Positions 8,700 through 18,917 of a stretch of 20,761 bases of DNA are shown here, piece by piece; position 1 is the first letter of the stretch, and each line of letters starts with the position of its first letter. A model generated the notes under the pieces. The model made no database searches. It was not told the origin of the DNA and was given only the letters and a program-made list of their open reading frames with translations. The translations under genes were made by a program, and so were the position numbers. This DNA is from Fibrobacteria bacterium (GTDB lineage Bacteria; Fibrobacterota; Fibrobacteria; UBA11236): assembly GCA_041746255.1 (NCBI GenBank), contig JBGTHM010000010.1, forward strand, positions 1 to 20,761, in the 5' to 3' direction.

Positions 8700-9847
8700 C
8701 TAGGCCGAATGCGTGTGCGAAACCGGGTTGATCAAATCGTCCCAGACGTTGGAAAACCTTCCCGACAAAACTGCGGCTCCGAACCAGGCAAGAAATTGTT
8801 CAAAGTAATTTTCATTGGGAGTGGATCCGGTACGACCGGTAAGATTTTTATCGGATGGGTTTCCCCACGAATCTCTCTGTTCGGACGCGAAAGCCAGCAA
8901 AGCTTCGGCCCAGTCTTTAGAACCCGACGGCCCGAGAGTGGAAAATGCCGCGCAGGCCCACATGGCCACCGTGAGTTCACTATATTCACGCCTTGAACGT
9001 TTCTGGCCATTTCCCAAAACGAACGTGTCGCTTTCCGGAATCAGGTTTCCATCCATGGTATAGAAATTGGCCCGTTTAGGACACCCAATAAAAGCCGTGG
9101 CGGCATCCAATCCGGCAAGAGCCCCTTGGAGGCGCCGGGGCTGAGGAAAAGGGTTTGGTAACATTGGTCAACCACTGCATTCCAATTGTGATCGGGATCA
9201 ACCTTAGCGAATATTTTGAGATTGGCTGGGGAAAAATAGCCGGGATTGATGAAATCCTTTCCACCCCATCCGGCGTCGGGAGCCAGGAATTTTCCTTCCA
9301 CGACCACAAAATCCCAGATACTGCGGATAATTTCTTTGGCCCTTTGCTGATATGTCACCCCTTTTGGGCCGGTATGCCGCTTCCATAGTCCTTTGGAAGC
9401 CAAAGAGTCCGCGAAGAGTAGGAATAATGCGATGTCTTGATCGGCATCGGTTGCCATTCCCTCTCCGATTAGGCTGCCTTTGGCGTCCACGCGCCAATCG
9501 TACCGCTTTTTCGAATTGTTCCACATGGCCTTTTCCGCCGCATCCCAAATCCGGTTGAAGTTGGTTTGATCACCGGAATAAAGCGCGACTATCATCCCAT
9601 AGGCTTGACCTTCCGAAACCGCATCACCGGGCAGTTCGGATTGGGGGCGATGCACGAGTCCGGTCTGGTAGGGATCCACATTACGGCGGATAATACCCCT
9701 GGCCGTTCGGGCCAGGGCCGAATCCAGACGCGAGTCCTCGATTCCGGGAAGAGGTGATTTGGGTGGCCCGAAGGCGTTCACTTCAATTTTTGCCATGCCC
9801 ACTGGGATTAGGATACCCATTGGAATGAGTCAATGTAAATATCTCAT
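8700..9847 (-). pseudogene. Glycoside hydrolase family 8 pseudogene
   Basis: GH8 motifs VSEGQAYGM, ATDADQDIA, NPGYFSP and GLLPDW in 9041-9820; the C-terminal part (NFYTMDG...NENYFEQFLAWFG) is in another frame (8700-9100). An upstream SD and ATG at 9847 read MRYLH*LIPMG with an in-frame TGA at 9830-9832. Confidence 0.8.
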
Positions 9848-9908
9848 TCACCTTTAGTGGCTATTCAGGCTATCCGGTTGGGCGATTTTGACCGGCCCTC
9901 CTTCCCGA

Positions 9909-11297
9909 TTACCGAGTTGGAAAGTGGTAAACGTTTCCGGGATGATACAAGGGCTTTTCCTTGCCCAACAAATCGAATAATCGGAGCATTCCGTCCCCTG
10001 GCTCTCCATGAAACAATGGGCCCGCAAGACCCCGGATACCGACACTTTCGGAGCCGCAGCATTCATCGCATACTTTATTGGCCAAGGGATCATAATTGAC
10101 TTTGTTTTTTTCCATGCACCCTTCGCGAATCACTTTCCCATCTACCACCCGCCCCACACCGAATTGATCTCCGGCCCGTACGGGCTCCGAGCCGATAAAA
10201 TCGATTTCGAGCATCTTCTCTCCTTCGACCTCAAGAGGAGCATTACTGTTTGTCCCCAGCAACTTTTTCAATTCATTGTCCATGGGACGAATCAGGTTGG
10301 CGATGGTTTTTTTGGTCTTCACGTCGATCACCTCACCCGAGGAAGGGTAGGCTACCATACCGTCCAAACCCATAGTCACCCACCCCGGAAAGACTTTTGT
10401 GGCGATACTCTGTTTATACTTGGGTGGCATTACCGTCACATCGTAAATGTGAAGGTGGTCGTTCACCCCGTCCACTACCCAGATTTCCGTTTCATCGGCG
10501 GTCATGGCGATTCCGTGACTGGGGGAAGGCTTGTGGCGGGCCAAATCCGAGCCGCGGGGATAGGGCTTAAAACCTTCTTTCGTGACATCCACCCGATGGA
10601 GCATTTTTCCCGTGGTCACGTCTCCCACCTCGAAACCAATCAGATGATTCACGTTGACGAAGGCGAGGGTGCCTTTGCCGTTCATGGTAAAGGGGCGTAT
10701 CACCTCGGTAAAAGGACCGACTTTCTTCACCACCTCCATTTTTTCCACATCCAATACCGCTAAGTGCTTTGAACCTATCCCGGCCAAGTAGGCCTCTTTC
10801 CCGTTCTGGTTGAAGATGGTGTTATGGGAGCGGAACCCATTTCCGGCGGAAACCTTTCGGATTTCCTTTCCAGTGATGGCGTCGTAGATGACCCAATAGT
10901 CTTGGTAAAGCGGTGCTTGGACGATTATTTTGCCATCGGGAGAGAGGGCTCCCCTATCGCAACCTCCGGTACAATTAATCTCCCAAAGCGATTTTTCAGT
11001 CACTAAGTCGATGCATTCCAGTTTTTTAAGGGTGGCGATATACATGCGATTGGTGACCGCGCTGGCCATGAACCCCTTGATATTGTCCGGCACCGTTCCC
11101 GAGGCATATCCCCGCGTAGGGATGGCTTTAACGAACTTGTAATCGTTTTCCACGTCAAAAACCAGGACACCGTGGCCACCGCTGGGAAGGAGATAATCTC
11201 GAATTCCGGGTGAAGCCACGTAAAGGTAGCGTTTTATGGTTTTCTCTTGCGCCCATAGCGCCGAGCAGCAAATCAGGACGGCAAGTATCGGTTTCAT
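9909..11297 (-). CDS. Secreted YncE/YVTN-like beta-propeller protein (paralog 2) with Cys-rich linker and short C-terminal tail
   Basis: Start set at ATG 11297 (MKPILAVLICCSALWA-Q, SD GGGGTG). Motifs DRGALSPDGK, HNTIFNQNGK and HGIAMTADETEIWV; collinear with 7099-8472. Tail RLFDLLGK. Confidence 0.8.
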   Translation of the reverse strand: MKPILAVLICCSALWAQEKTIKRYLYVASPGIRDYLLPSGGHGVLVFDVENDYKFVKAIPTRGYASGTVPDNIKGFMASAVTNRMYIATLKKLECIDLVTEKSLWEINCTGGCDRGALSPDGKIIVQAPLYQDYWVIYDAITGKEIRKVSAGNGFRSHNTIFNQNGKEAYLAGIGSKHLAVLDVEKMEVVKKVGPFTEVIRPFTMNGKGTLAFVNVNHLIGFEVGDVTTGKMLHRVDVTKEGFKPYPRGSDLARHKPSPSHGIAMTADETEIWVVDGVNDHLHIYDVTVMPPKYKQSIATKVFPGWVTMGLDGMVAYPSSGEVIDVKTKKTIANLIRPMDNELKKLLGTNSNAPLEVEGEKMLEIDFIGSEPVRAGDQFGVGRVVDGKVIREGCMEKNKVNYDPLANKVCDECCGSESVGIRGLAGPLFHGEPGDGMLRLFDLLGKEKPLYHPGNVYHFPTR

Positions 11298-11438
11298 TTC
11301 ACCCCGGTGGATAGGACCAATTCTCATTCCCAAAAATTTAACCTGCAAATGGGAATTGCGTGGGTTAAAATTTCACCCCGAAATGCGCGCCGGGCTCGAA
11401 AAGGATTTTGCTTTTCACGTTTCCGTATTCGGGTAGTG

Positions 11439-12431
11439 TTACCGGCGATGCAAAGGGTTCTTGATGACCTCTTGGCTTAAATTCCACATCATTTCGATGT
11501 TTTCAGAGTCATCGGTATATGCTGGTGCGTGTCGTGTTCTCAGAAGCTCGCGTATAATTTGAAAAGGATTCATTTTCCCTTTCGGAGCGGGAAGCATAAC
11601 CCGGTAGTCGCTGTCGATTAGCTTGCCGTTAACTTCTCGGAATTCCATGGAGGTGCAGATGCGAAAATAACACTCGCCCATTCTCTTTTGAGAGAGTGCG
11701 AAGGGATTCAGGTTTTGTATGAGAGGAGCGATAATCCGAAAAATACCCGAGAAATTTTTCATGGTTTCCCTGGATATCCTGGTCACAGGAATCATAACGG
11801 CATTGACCTTGACACCCCGCTTCCGATACTCCTGCCCCATGCGAATCGTCAACAAAATAAGCCCCATTTTGGAATCCCCGTACATTTTATAGACTGTATA
11901 GGGACGTTTATCCGAAATCTCACCCCGGAGGTTATCGAACTCTATGGCACGTTTGGGATCGAAAAAGTTTTTAATGTTGGTACTGGAAGCATTCAGCACG
12001 CGGGGGTCCCGGGATTTTTCCAAATGGCCGAGCAATAGTTCAGTCAAAAGTAGGGGGCCGAATACATTGGTCGCAAAGGTCAGTTCCAAGCCGTCGGGAC
12101 TAAACTGGTAGGTTTTTATTCCGTGGTTGAAATATCCGGCATTATTGATGAGAACGTCGATATGCGAGTATCGGAGTTTGACCTCGGTACAGAATTTGTG
12201 GATGGATGTGAACGATGCGACGTCCACCTCCATGACCCCGATATTCTGGGAAGCAGTGGCCGATTGAATCTCTCGCTTCGCCGCCTCTCCCTTTTCCAGG
12301 TTTCTGCAAGCGAGAATGACTGTCCAGCCTTCAGTTGCAAAGCGGGTTGCAGCCGCCTTGCCAATCCCCGAATTCGCACCGGTTATAAGGACGATTTTGC
12401 TTTCAGAATCCGTATCTTGCATAATGAGCAA
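11439..12431 (-). CDS. Classical short-chain dehydrogenase/reductase (retinol-dehydrogenase-like)
   Basis: ITGANSGIG, LACRN, LINNAG, FATNVFG and catalytic YGDSK (YxxxK). The start may be ATG 12422. Confidence 0.88.
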   Translation of the reverse strand: MLIMQDTDSESKIVLITGANSGIGKAAATRFATEGWTVILACRNLEKGEAAKREIQSATASQNIGVMEVDVASFTSIHKFCTEVKLRYSHIDVLINNAGYFNHGIKTYQFSPDGLELTFATNVFGPLLLTELLLGHLEKSRDPRVLNASSTNIKNFFDPKRAIEFDNLRGEISDKRPYTVYKMYGDSKMGLILLTIRMGQEYRKRGVKVNAVMIPVTRISRETMKNFSGIFRIIAPLIQNLNPFALSQKRMGECYFRICTSMEFREVNGKLIDSDYRVMLPAPKGKMNPFQIIRELLRTRHAPAYTDDSENIEMMWNLSQEVIKNPLHRR

Positions 12432-12460
12432 ACCTCACACCCCTCCGCGAAACCGCTCCA

Positions 12461-14902
12461 CTAAAGCGAAACCTTGCGGAGGCGAAGGGAATTTGCAATT
12501 ACCGATACAGAACTAAAACTCATGGCAGCAGCAGCCAAAATGGGGCTGAGCAGCAATCCGAAGGCTGGATATAGCACGCCGGCGGCGATGGGCACACCCA
12601 GCGAATTATACAGGAACGCGAAAAACAGGTTTTGCTTGATATTCCCCAGCGTAGCACGGCTCAAAAGTCGGGCACGAGCAATGCCGTTCAAGTCGCCCTT
12701 CACTAAAATGATGCCGGCGCTTTGCATGGCCACATCGGTTCCTGTGCCCATGGCTATGCCTACATCGGCCTGTGCCAACGCCGGCGCATCGTTGATGCCG
12801 TCGCCGGCCATGGCCACCTTCCGCCCCTCCGCTTGCAGCCGCTTGATATGCTCCGCCTTTTGCTGGGGTAACACCTCCGCCACCACCTCGTCGATACCCA
12901 ATTGGCGAGCCACGGTTTCGGCAGTAGTTCGACTGTCTCCCGTCAGCATCACCAAACGCACACCGGCCGCATGTAATTTACGGATGGCATCGGGTGTTCC
13001 CGCCTTCACCGGATCGGCCACCGCCAGTACCGCCGCAGCGCGATTGTCCAGCACCACGAACATGGCGGTCTTTCCCTCGCGCCGCATGGACTCGGCCCGC
13101 TCGCGCACCATACCCGAATCGATTCCCAAATCCACTAAAAGAGCGGCGTTCCCAACCGCTACCATTTTTCCGTTGACCTTGCCCTTGGCGCCCTTACCCG
13201 TGATCGATTCGAAATCCGCTACGGGAAATAGGCCTATACTTCGTCCTTTTACACCCTTGACTATAGCCGCCGCGAGTGGATGCTCGCTGGATTGCTCCAG
13301 GCTTCCGGCCAGAGCCAGTACCTCCGATTCGGTGAATCCCTCCTCCAAGACGACATCCACCAATTCGGGGCGGCCTTCGGTAAGCGTACCGGTTTTATCC
13401 ACCACCACGGTATCCACTTGGTGCAAGAGCTCCAGCGATGCGGCATTCCGGAAAAGAACTCCCGCACCGGCGCCTTTTCCAGACGCCACCATAATCGACA
13501 TGGGAGTGGCCAACCCCAGCGCGCACGGGCAGGCGATTATCAAAACCGCCACGGCATTGACAACGGCATATGCCAGCGAAGGCGCCGGTCCCCATACCAG
13601 CCAGATAAGAAATGTGGCTAACGCCACCAGCACCACTGCGGGCACGAAAACCGCCGAAACCTTGTCGGCCAATCGTTGAATGGGGGCGCGGCTGCGCTGA
13701 GCCTCAGCCACCATTTGCACGATTTGCGCCAGCAGCATGTCGAGGCCAACCCTTTCCGCCCGCATGAGAATGGAGCCTCGCCCATTAAGTGTAGCGCCAA
13801 TGACCGGATCTCCCTCCTGTTTTGCCACGGGCACGGGCTCGCCGGTCATCATGGATTCATCCACCTCGGTTTTGCCCTCAAGCACGGCGCCATCCACAGG
13901 TACCTTCTCACCAGGCCGCACGCGTAGGGTATCCCCAGGATGGACGTCTTCGAGGGGCACATCCTCCTCGGTTCCATCGTCACGAACACGGCGGGCCGAC
14001 TTGGCCGCCAACCCCAGCAATGAGCGAATGGCCGTACCCGTTTGGCTGCGTGCCCGGAGTTCCAGAACCTGTCCCAACAGCACCAAGGTTACGATAGCGG
14101 CCGCGGCTTCAAAATAAACACCAACCTGTCCCATGGCGTCGCGAAGTTCAGGGGGGAACACACCCGGAGCCAAGGTCGCGAACAGACTATAGAGATAAGC
14201 CACGCCTACGCCCAGACCGATGAGAGTAAACATATTGAGGCTCCTGAAACGGAGCGAATCCCAGGCACGCTGGAAAAAGGGGTATCCTCCCCATAATACC
14301 ACTGGTGTGGCCAACAGCAACTCCACAAAGGGCCGAATCGCATGCGGAAGCCAGCGGAACAGAATAGGCGCCAACATATGTCCCATGGCCACGATTAGCA
14401 AGGGAATTGTCAGACTCAGGCTTATCCAAAAACGTCGCCGCATGTCGAGCAACTCCGGATTTTCCTCCTCCTCCAGAGTCACCAATAACGGCTCCAAGGC
14501 CATCCCGCATTTCGGACAAGCACCGGGGGCATCCCTGCGTATTTCCGGATCCATGGGGCAGGTATAGATAGTCTGGGCCCCTGATAGCTTTGCCATAGGT
14601 TTAGGGAAACTCCCGGGTTTCGCCTTAGCCGAGTGCGCGTCTCCCGTAGGCATGGAAACCGAGCTGTGGAGTGAAGTAAGGACTGATGGTTCGGCTGACT
14701 GCTTGGTTGTTGCCGCACTCCGATATTTTTCCGGCTCTCGATTGAATTTCGCTTCGCAACCCTTCCCGCAGAAATAATAGGTTTCGCCCTGATATTCCAC
14801 TCGACCGGCCGCCTTTTCAGGTAACACAGTCATACCGCAAATAGGATCGATTTTACCCAGCCCGGCCTGGCCGTCTTGATTGGTGTGGGAATGGTCTTGC
14901 AT
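12461..14902 (-). CDS. copA: Cu(I)/Ag(I)-translocating P1B-type ATPase with N-terminal YHS and heavy-metal-binding domains
   Basis: DPICGM..YYFC (YHS), [47 protein letters not shown], and P1B-1 signatures YN and MxxSS. Confidence 0.95.
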   Translation of the reverse strand: MQDHSHTNQDGQAGLGKIDPICGMTVLPEKAAGRVEYQGETYYFCGKGCEAKFNREPEKYRSAATTKQSAEPSVLTSLHSSVSMPTGDAHSAKAKPGSFPKPMAKLSGAQTIYTCPMDPEIRRDAPGACPKCGMALEPLLVTLEEEENPELLDMRRRFWISLSLTIPLLIVAMGHMLAPILFRWLPHAIRPFVELLLATPVVLWGGYPFFQRAWDSLRFRSLNMFTLIGLGVGVAYLYSLFATLAPGVFPPELRDAMGQVGVYFEAAAAIVTLVLLGQVLELRARSQTGTAIRSLLGLAAKSARRVRDDGTEEDVPLEDVHPGDTLRVRPGEKVPVDGAVLEGKTEVDESMMTGEPVPVAKQEGDPVIGATLNGRGSILMRAERVGLDMLLAQIVQMVAEAQRSRAPIQRLADKVSAVFVPAVVLVALATFLIWLVWGPAPSLAYAVVNAVAVLIIACPCALGLATPMSIMVASGKGAGAGVLFRNAASLELLHQVDTVVVDKTGTLTEGRPELVDVVLEEGFTESEVLALAGSLEQSSEHPLAAAIVKGVKGRSIGLFPVADFESITGKGAKGKVNGKMVAVGNAALLVDLGIDSGMVRERAESMRREGKTAMFVVLDNRAAAVLAVADPVKAGTPDAIRKLHAAGVRLVMLTGDSRTTAETVARQLGIDEVVAEVLPQQKAEHIKRLQAEGRKVAMAGDGINDAPALAQADVGIAMGTGTDVAMQSAGIILVKGDLNGIARARLLSRATLGNIKQNLFFAFLYNSLGVPIAAGVLYPAFGLLLSPILAAAAMSFSSVSVIANSLRLRKVSL

Positions 14903-14970
14903 AAGCTCCCCGGAGTTTGGCCTTCACGGAATTTTACTCGATAAATTAGCCTAAATCGGGAATGAATGGC

Positions 14971-15016
14971 AGAGTTTCCTCGATATCGATGGAAATCTAT
15001 TTGGTCAATGTGACCA
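14971..15016. promoter_or_regulatory. Two dyad sites upstream of copA (candidate operators)
   Basis: TTTCC-TCGATATCGA-t-GGAAA (14975-14995) and TGGTCA-atg-TGACCA (15002-15016). The latter overlaps a minus-strand TTGACC -35-like hexamer. Confidence 0.35.
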
Positions 15017-15080
15017 GGGTTCACCCATTCTCAAAAAACCTCAGCCCAATATTAATTTCGAGGATATTATAAAAAGGGTA

Positions 15081-16390
15081 ATGAGCCTTTAAAAGCTTTA
15101 GCCTGGTAACGCAACAATTAATTATTTTTTCATGCTGCCTACAATCCCACGGTTGGGCAATGCGCCATCCCGGAATTTTACACAGCACCGAAGAATTGGG
15201 TTTTGTTAAAGAACAAATCTCAGCCGGCAAACAGCCCGGGAAAAATGCATTTGTAAGAATGCAAAGTTCCACACTCGCATCATTATCCTATACGCCCAAG
15301 CCATTTCAGATAGTGGAATGCGGATCATATAATAATCCAAATCAAGGATGTAATGAATTCAATGATGATGCCGCTTCCGCCTATACCCATTCGCTAATCT
15401 GGGCACTTACAGGAAAGCAGGAACACGCCGATAAGGCTCGGAGTATCATTACGAGTTAGACGAGAAAATACCAGAAAAATATCAATACCAACTCCAGACT
15501 GGTCATAGGCTGGGCTGCGTCCTATTATGTAAACGCCGCGGAGATTCTTCGGTATACAAACTCCGGTTGGAGTGAAAAAAATACTGAAAAATTGAATGTG
15601 ACGCTGGACAAGTTCATGGTATTTCTGAAAATCGATTCAATCCCCGCGAATAATTGGATACAACCCATGATGAAGCCCAAATGGCCATTGCCATCTTCCA
15701 GGATGATCATGAGGAACTGGCTAGAGCCCTAAAGCGGTAGCAGTTTTATCTGCCGATATATATTTACCAAAAAAGTGATGGTTCGATTCCGAATAAAGCA
15801 CCCTGGAGAACGGATGCCCAGATACTGCAAATGTGGCAAACCGGTATTCGCGGTAATCAATTCGTGGACGGACTGTGTTGGGAAACCTGCCGCGACCTGG
15901 GTCACGTAAACCTTGGATTCGGATCTATGACCTATGCTGCCGAAACCGCCTGGAAACAGGGCTTTGATTTGTTTGAACCCAATAAAAAACGACTGACGGA
16001 TTTTATGGAATTGCATGGTACTTGGATGACTCGTTCCGTAAAAGCATCCGATTACATCTGTGACGGCGTAGTTAAAGCCAGGCTGAGCAACACCTCCGGC
16101 ATCACCCCCCCCCAACGGAGGAGGTGGAGCGGCCTGGGAAATAGCTTATAACCACTTCAGCACTCGATTGGGTTACTCACTCCCCTATTCCAAACAGCTG
16201 ATCGATCGACATCGGCCACGCATGGTATCCTGTTGGATTCACAGGGGAAAACTTTATGGAATGAATTTTCACCTGGCGGCGAATTAATCATTCCCAACCG
16301 AACTCTATCCAAAAGCCACCTATTTTGAAGATCGAAAACCTTACTAATAGCTCTGTTGGAGGCCTTAAATACCGGCAGAACCCATTTTAA
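15081..16390 (+). pseudogene. Alginate-lyase-family (PF05426-like) secreted protein pseudogene
   Basis: Fragments join across frames: HPGILHS...CGSYNNPNQGC..DDA..AY, GWAAS.YVNAAEILRY, NNW, AIAIFQDD, DGLCWETCRDLGH and WEIAYNHF. In-frame TAG at 15457 and 15738; frameshifts near 15084, about 15665 and in the C9 run at 16105-16113. Confidence 0.8.
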
Positions 16391-16494
16391 CGGGTGGAGT
16401 GCACTCCCGGGCATTTGTCGCAGTTAGGCCTCGGGAATCTCCTCGGGCTTTTCCGTTGATTAGAATGAAACAATAACTGGTAGCGGCATTTTGG

Positions 16495-16523
16495 GTGACA
16501 AAGCTACGAAATAGGGGTAAAAT
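16495..16523 (+). promoter_or_regulatory. Possible sigma70 promoter for the 16637 gene
   Basis: GTGACA-17 bp-TAAAAT. CTACGAAAT occurs twice (16504 and 16565). Confidence 0.3.
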
Positions 16524-16636
16524 CAAAAGTGTTCCCAATTGGCAACAGAATTCGGAGCGATAAACTACGAAATTTTCCGGGTCGGTATATATTTCAAGCA
16601 GAATTTGGAACGTGTTTTTTCCTAAGGAGCCCACAA

Positions 16637-17935
16637 ATGTTTGGTAATCTGATTTTATCCCTGAAGATGGGGGTAGCCACCAAAGTTGCCATAGCCCTGG
16701 CGCTTTCGGTGCAATATTCATTTTCTTTGTGGTCTGTTACAGGATTACCTAAAACACCTCCCAGAATTTGGGTCCATTCCGATATCCATCCGCCAAATAC
16801 CGGAGGCGATCAGGACGACCTCGTCGCCATGGCCATGCTTTTACAATTATCCAATTTAATGGACTTGCGCGGAGTCGTTGTCGGAATCGATACGGATGGA
16901 TCAGCTTCGGCTTGCCCTACTACCAAGGATTGGCTCCTTAAGAACCACTGGGCTGATTATAAAAAAGAAGTCGCCAACATGAATAAGCATTATGGCGGAT
17001 ACAAGGAAGATATTCCCCTCTATCAGACCGCTTTTTGCCACAAGGATTTTGATGAGAGCAAGCCTCCCAAAAATATCAATGACCCCCAGTTCGAAAGCAT
17101 GAAAAAATTTATCGAAGAAGCCGAAAAGGGTGAATTGTTCGTTTCGATTTGGGGTGAGTTGGTCGAAATGGCCGAAATCATTCACTATCTCAAAGCGCAA
17201 AATACCCCTGCGGCAAAGACGGCATTAAGCAACATTCGCGTTATTCCCCATTGGGTGATTCCCAAGAACGCCGCCAATTGCACCGGTTCACCCAAGGCTT
17301 GTGACTATATTTACAAAGTTGGAGCCACCAGTGAGGTGGCGTTTTACAACATCGGGGATATCGGCGAAAAAGGGATAGTCCAAAATTCATGTAATGAAAA
17401 CCATTTTTTGAATGTCGATATTGTCAAAGCCTCAAATGTCGGAGCCCATATCAAGTGGAAATCAATTCAATACGCCAAGACGCCGGATATGTCGGATGCA
17501 GCCTCCTTTTTGGTTCCCCTTGGCGCAGGCGGAGGAATGGCGAATTTTAAAAGCGATGGTTCCCATAGCGACAGTAAAAGAAATGATATCTGCAAAGACC
17601 GCCCCCAAATTTTTAAATATTGGGAACGAGGCGCTTTAGCCGCTCAAGGCCAGGGCACTTACGCTCCGCCCTATGGCGCTTCCACTTCCATCGACTCGGA
17701 TGCGGCAAAACTTTCCAGCGATAGGCATGTGACATTTGCTGCCGGCACTTTGCAATTCAAGGGCGATTTCGGAACCAATGCGTCAGTAGAAATATTCAAT
17801 ACCCGCGGACAATCCCTTTATGCCTCTCAAACACTAGAGAGCATCCCTTTAAATCTGAAAGAGGGTCTCTATTTTGTTCACATCCGGGACGATAAATCCA
17901 TCCAATCCAATAAGATTGTTGTAACCGGTAATTAA
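16637..17935 (+). CDS. Secreted protein with nucleoside-hydrolase-like (DUF1593-type) domain and T9SS-like C-terminal tail
   Basis: SD AAGGAG before ATG 16637 and a signal peptide. PRIWVHSDI...DQDD...LLQLSNLMDLRGVV, LFVSIWG and DMSD resemble the NH/DUF1593 fold. Tail VEIFNTRGQ...GLYFVHI...KIVV. Confidence 0.65.
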   Translation: MFGNLILSLKMGVATKVAIALALSVQYSFSLWSVTGLPKTPPRIWVHSDIHPPNTGGDQDDLVAMAMLLQLSNLMDLRGVVVGIDTDGSASACPTTKDWLLKNHWADYKKEVANMNKHYGGYKEDIPLYQTAFCHKDFDESKPPKNINDPQFESMKKFIEEAEKGELFVSIWGELVEMAEIIHYLKAQNTPAAKTALSNIRVIPHWVIPKNAANCTGSPKACDYIYKVGATSEVAFYNIGDIGEKGIVQNSCNENHFLNVDIVKASNVGAHIKWKSIQYAKTPDMSDAASFLVPLGAGGGMANFKSDGSHSDSKRNDICKDRPQIFKYWERGALAAQGQGTYAPPYGASTSIDSDAAKLSSDRHVTFAAGTLQFKGDFGTNASVEIFNTRGQSLYASQTLESIPLNLKEGLYFVHIRDDKSIQSNKIVVTGN

Positions 17936-17970
17936 TTTTTAGATAATTTTTAGTCGGCCCCTGTTATAAC

Positions 17971-17998
17971 GACTCCTTTTTCAATAAAGGAGTCTTCT
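17971..17998 (+). terminator. Hairpin after the 16637 gene (weak terminator or mRNA-stabilising stem)
   Basis: GACTCCTTT-ttcaat-AAAGGAGTC followed by TTCT. Confidence 0.5.
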
Positions 17999-18014
17999 CA
18001 CAAAAAGGAATACA

Positions 18015-18917
18015 ATGTCTAATCTTCGATTTAGGCTTTTATTGGTTTTTATAGGGTTTTTTCCCATTATGTCCTTGGCGCAAGAGGAATCAATGGGCGG
18101 CCCAGAGGCTTTTATGGTGTCCGAAGACGTGAAAGAGGCGCCAAGAATGCATTATCAAGGACAATACGAGGGCCAGGTCAAATTATTTGAAAATTTAACC
18201 TCGTTCGTGAAGTTCAGCCATTTTCATGGGACGCCCTACCCTTATGTAAAACAGAGCAATTTTTGGTTTGCAGGCTATGATATTCAACCGGGATTAACTT
18301 TCGACCTGGGCGATTTTTATGGAATTCGGTTAGGCTTGGATACCGAGATATTTTATCGATTTCAGGAACGCCACAATATTTCAGGCGGGAGAGACTCGAT
18401 GAATATATTTCCAGGCTCTGTTCCAGGTACCTTGGATTCGTCGGTAATAAAAAGTTCCTGTGGAACCCCGGAATTGTTTGGGGCTGATACCACTTGGGCC
18501 TTTGATTGCGACGACTATAAGGAATATCGGCCCACGGTTACTTTTTCCATATCCTTCCCGATCGCATCCTGGCTTTCCGTTGAGTATCGCAACCGAGTGG
18601 AACGCCGCATCATCACCTCACCGAGGCGCTCGGTGGCTAAAATGTATCGACCGCTTTTTAGAATCTCTACCGGCGAATTCTCCTCCCTGATGGGTCTGCA
18701 ACTCTATGCCTACTATGAAGGCTTTGTAATAGAGCAAGCAAGTTTTCGGTATGAAGTTGAAAGTGGAATCAATTTTCGTCCCGTATCCAGCATTCAGGCA
18801 GGGTTAGGCTACCGAATGCGCAATGATCCCACCGACAATAGGGCCCAATGGACGTCCCGCTTAGCCGCACTCTATGTGACTTACTTTTTCGACGCAAGCG
18901 GCTGGATAAGTAAATGA
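18015..18917 (+). CDS. Putative outer-membrane beta-barrel protein (DUF2490-like), paralog A
   Basis: SD AAGGA, signal peptide, amphipathic aromatic-rich strands, YRNRVERR...YRP motif and last strand LYVTYFFD. Confidence 0.6.
   Translation: MSNLRFRLLLVFIGFFPIMSLAQEESMGGPEAFMVSEDVKEAPRMHYQGQYEGQVKLFENLTSFVKFSHFHGTPYPYVKQSNFWFAGYDIQPGLTFDLGDFYGIRLGLDTEIFYRFQERHNISGGRDSMNIFPGSVPGTLDSSVIKSSCGTPELFGADTTWAFDCDDYKEYRPTVTFSISFPIASWLSVEYRNRVERRIITSPRRSVAKMYRPLFRISTGEFSSLMGLQLYAYYEGFVIEQASFRYEVESGINFRPVSSIQAGLGYRMRNDPTDNRAQWTSRLAALYVTYFFDASGWISK

Noticed and set aside
12474..13679. 401-aa plus-strand ORF, and similar antisense ORFs at 10008-10763 and 6143-6877
   Set aside because: Antisense shadows of well-supported genes with no recognisable motifs.
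9830..15740. Stop-codon reassignment or readthrough (TGA/TAG at apparent Trp positions)
   Set aside because: The same genes also carry frameshifts and deletions, and intact genes here use TGG for Trp and end at TAG/TAA. G-to-A transitions in pseudogenes explain it.
16105..16113. C9 tract as a phase-variation switch
   Set aside because: The gene has several other inactivating lesions, so slippage could not restore it.
16478..16486. TGGTAGCGG matching the tRNA 3' end, as a possible att site of an island
   Set aside because: Only 9 bp, on the 5' side of the tRNA (unusual geometry), and there is no integrase.
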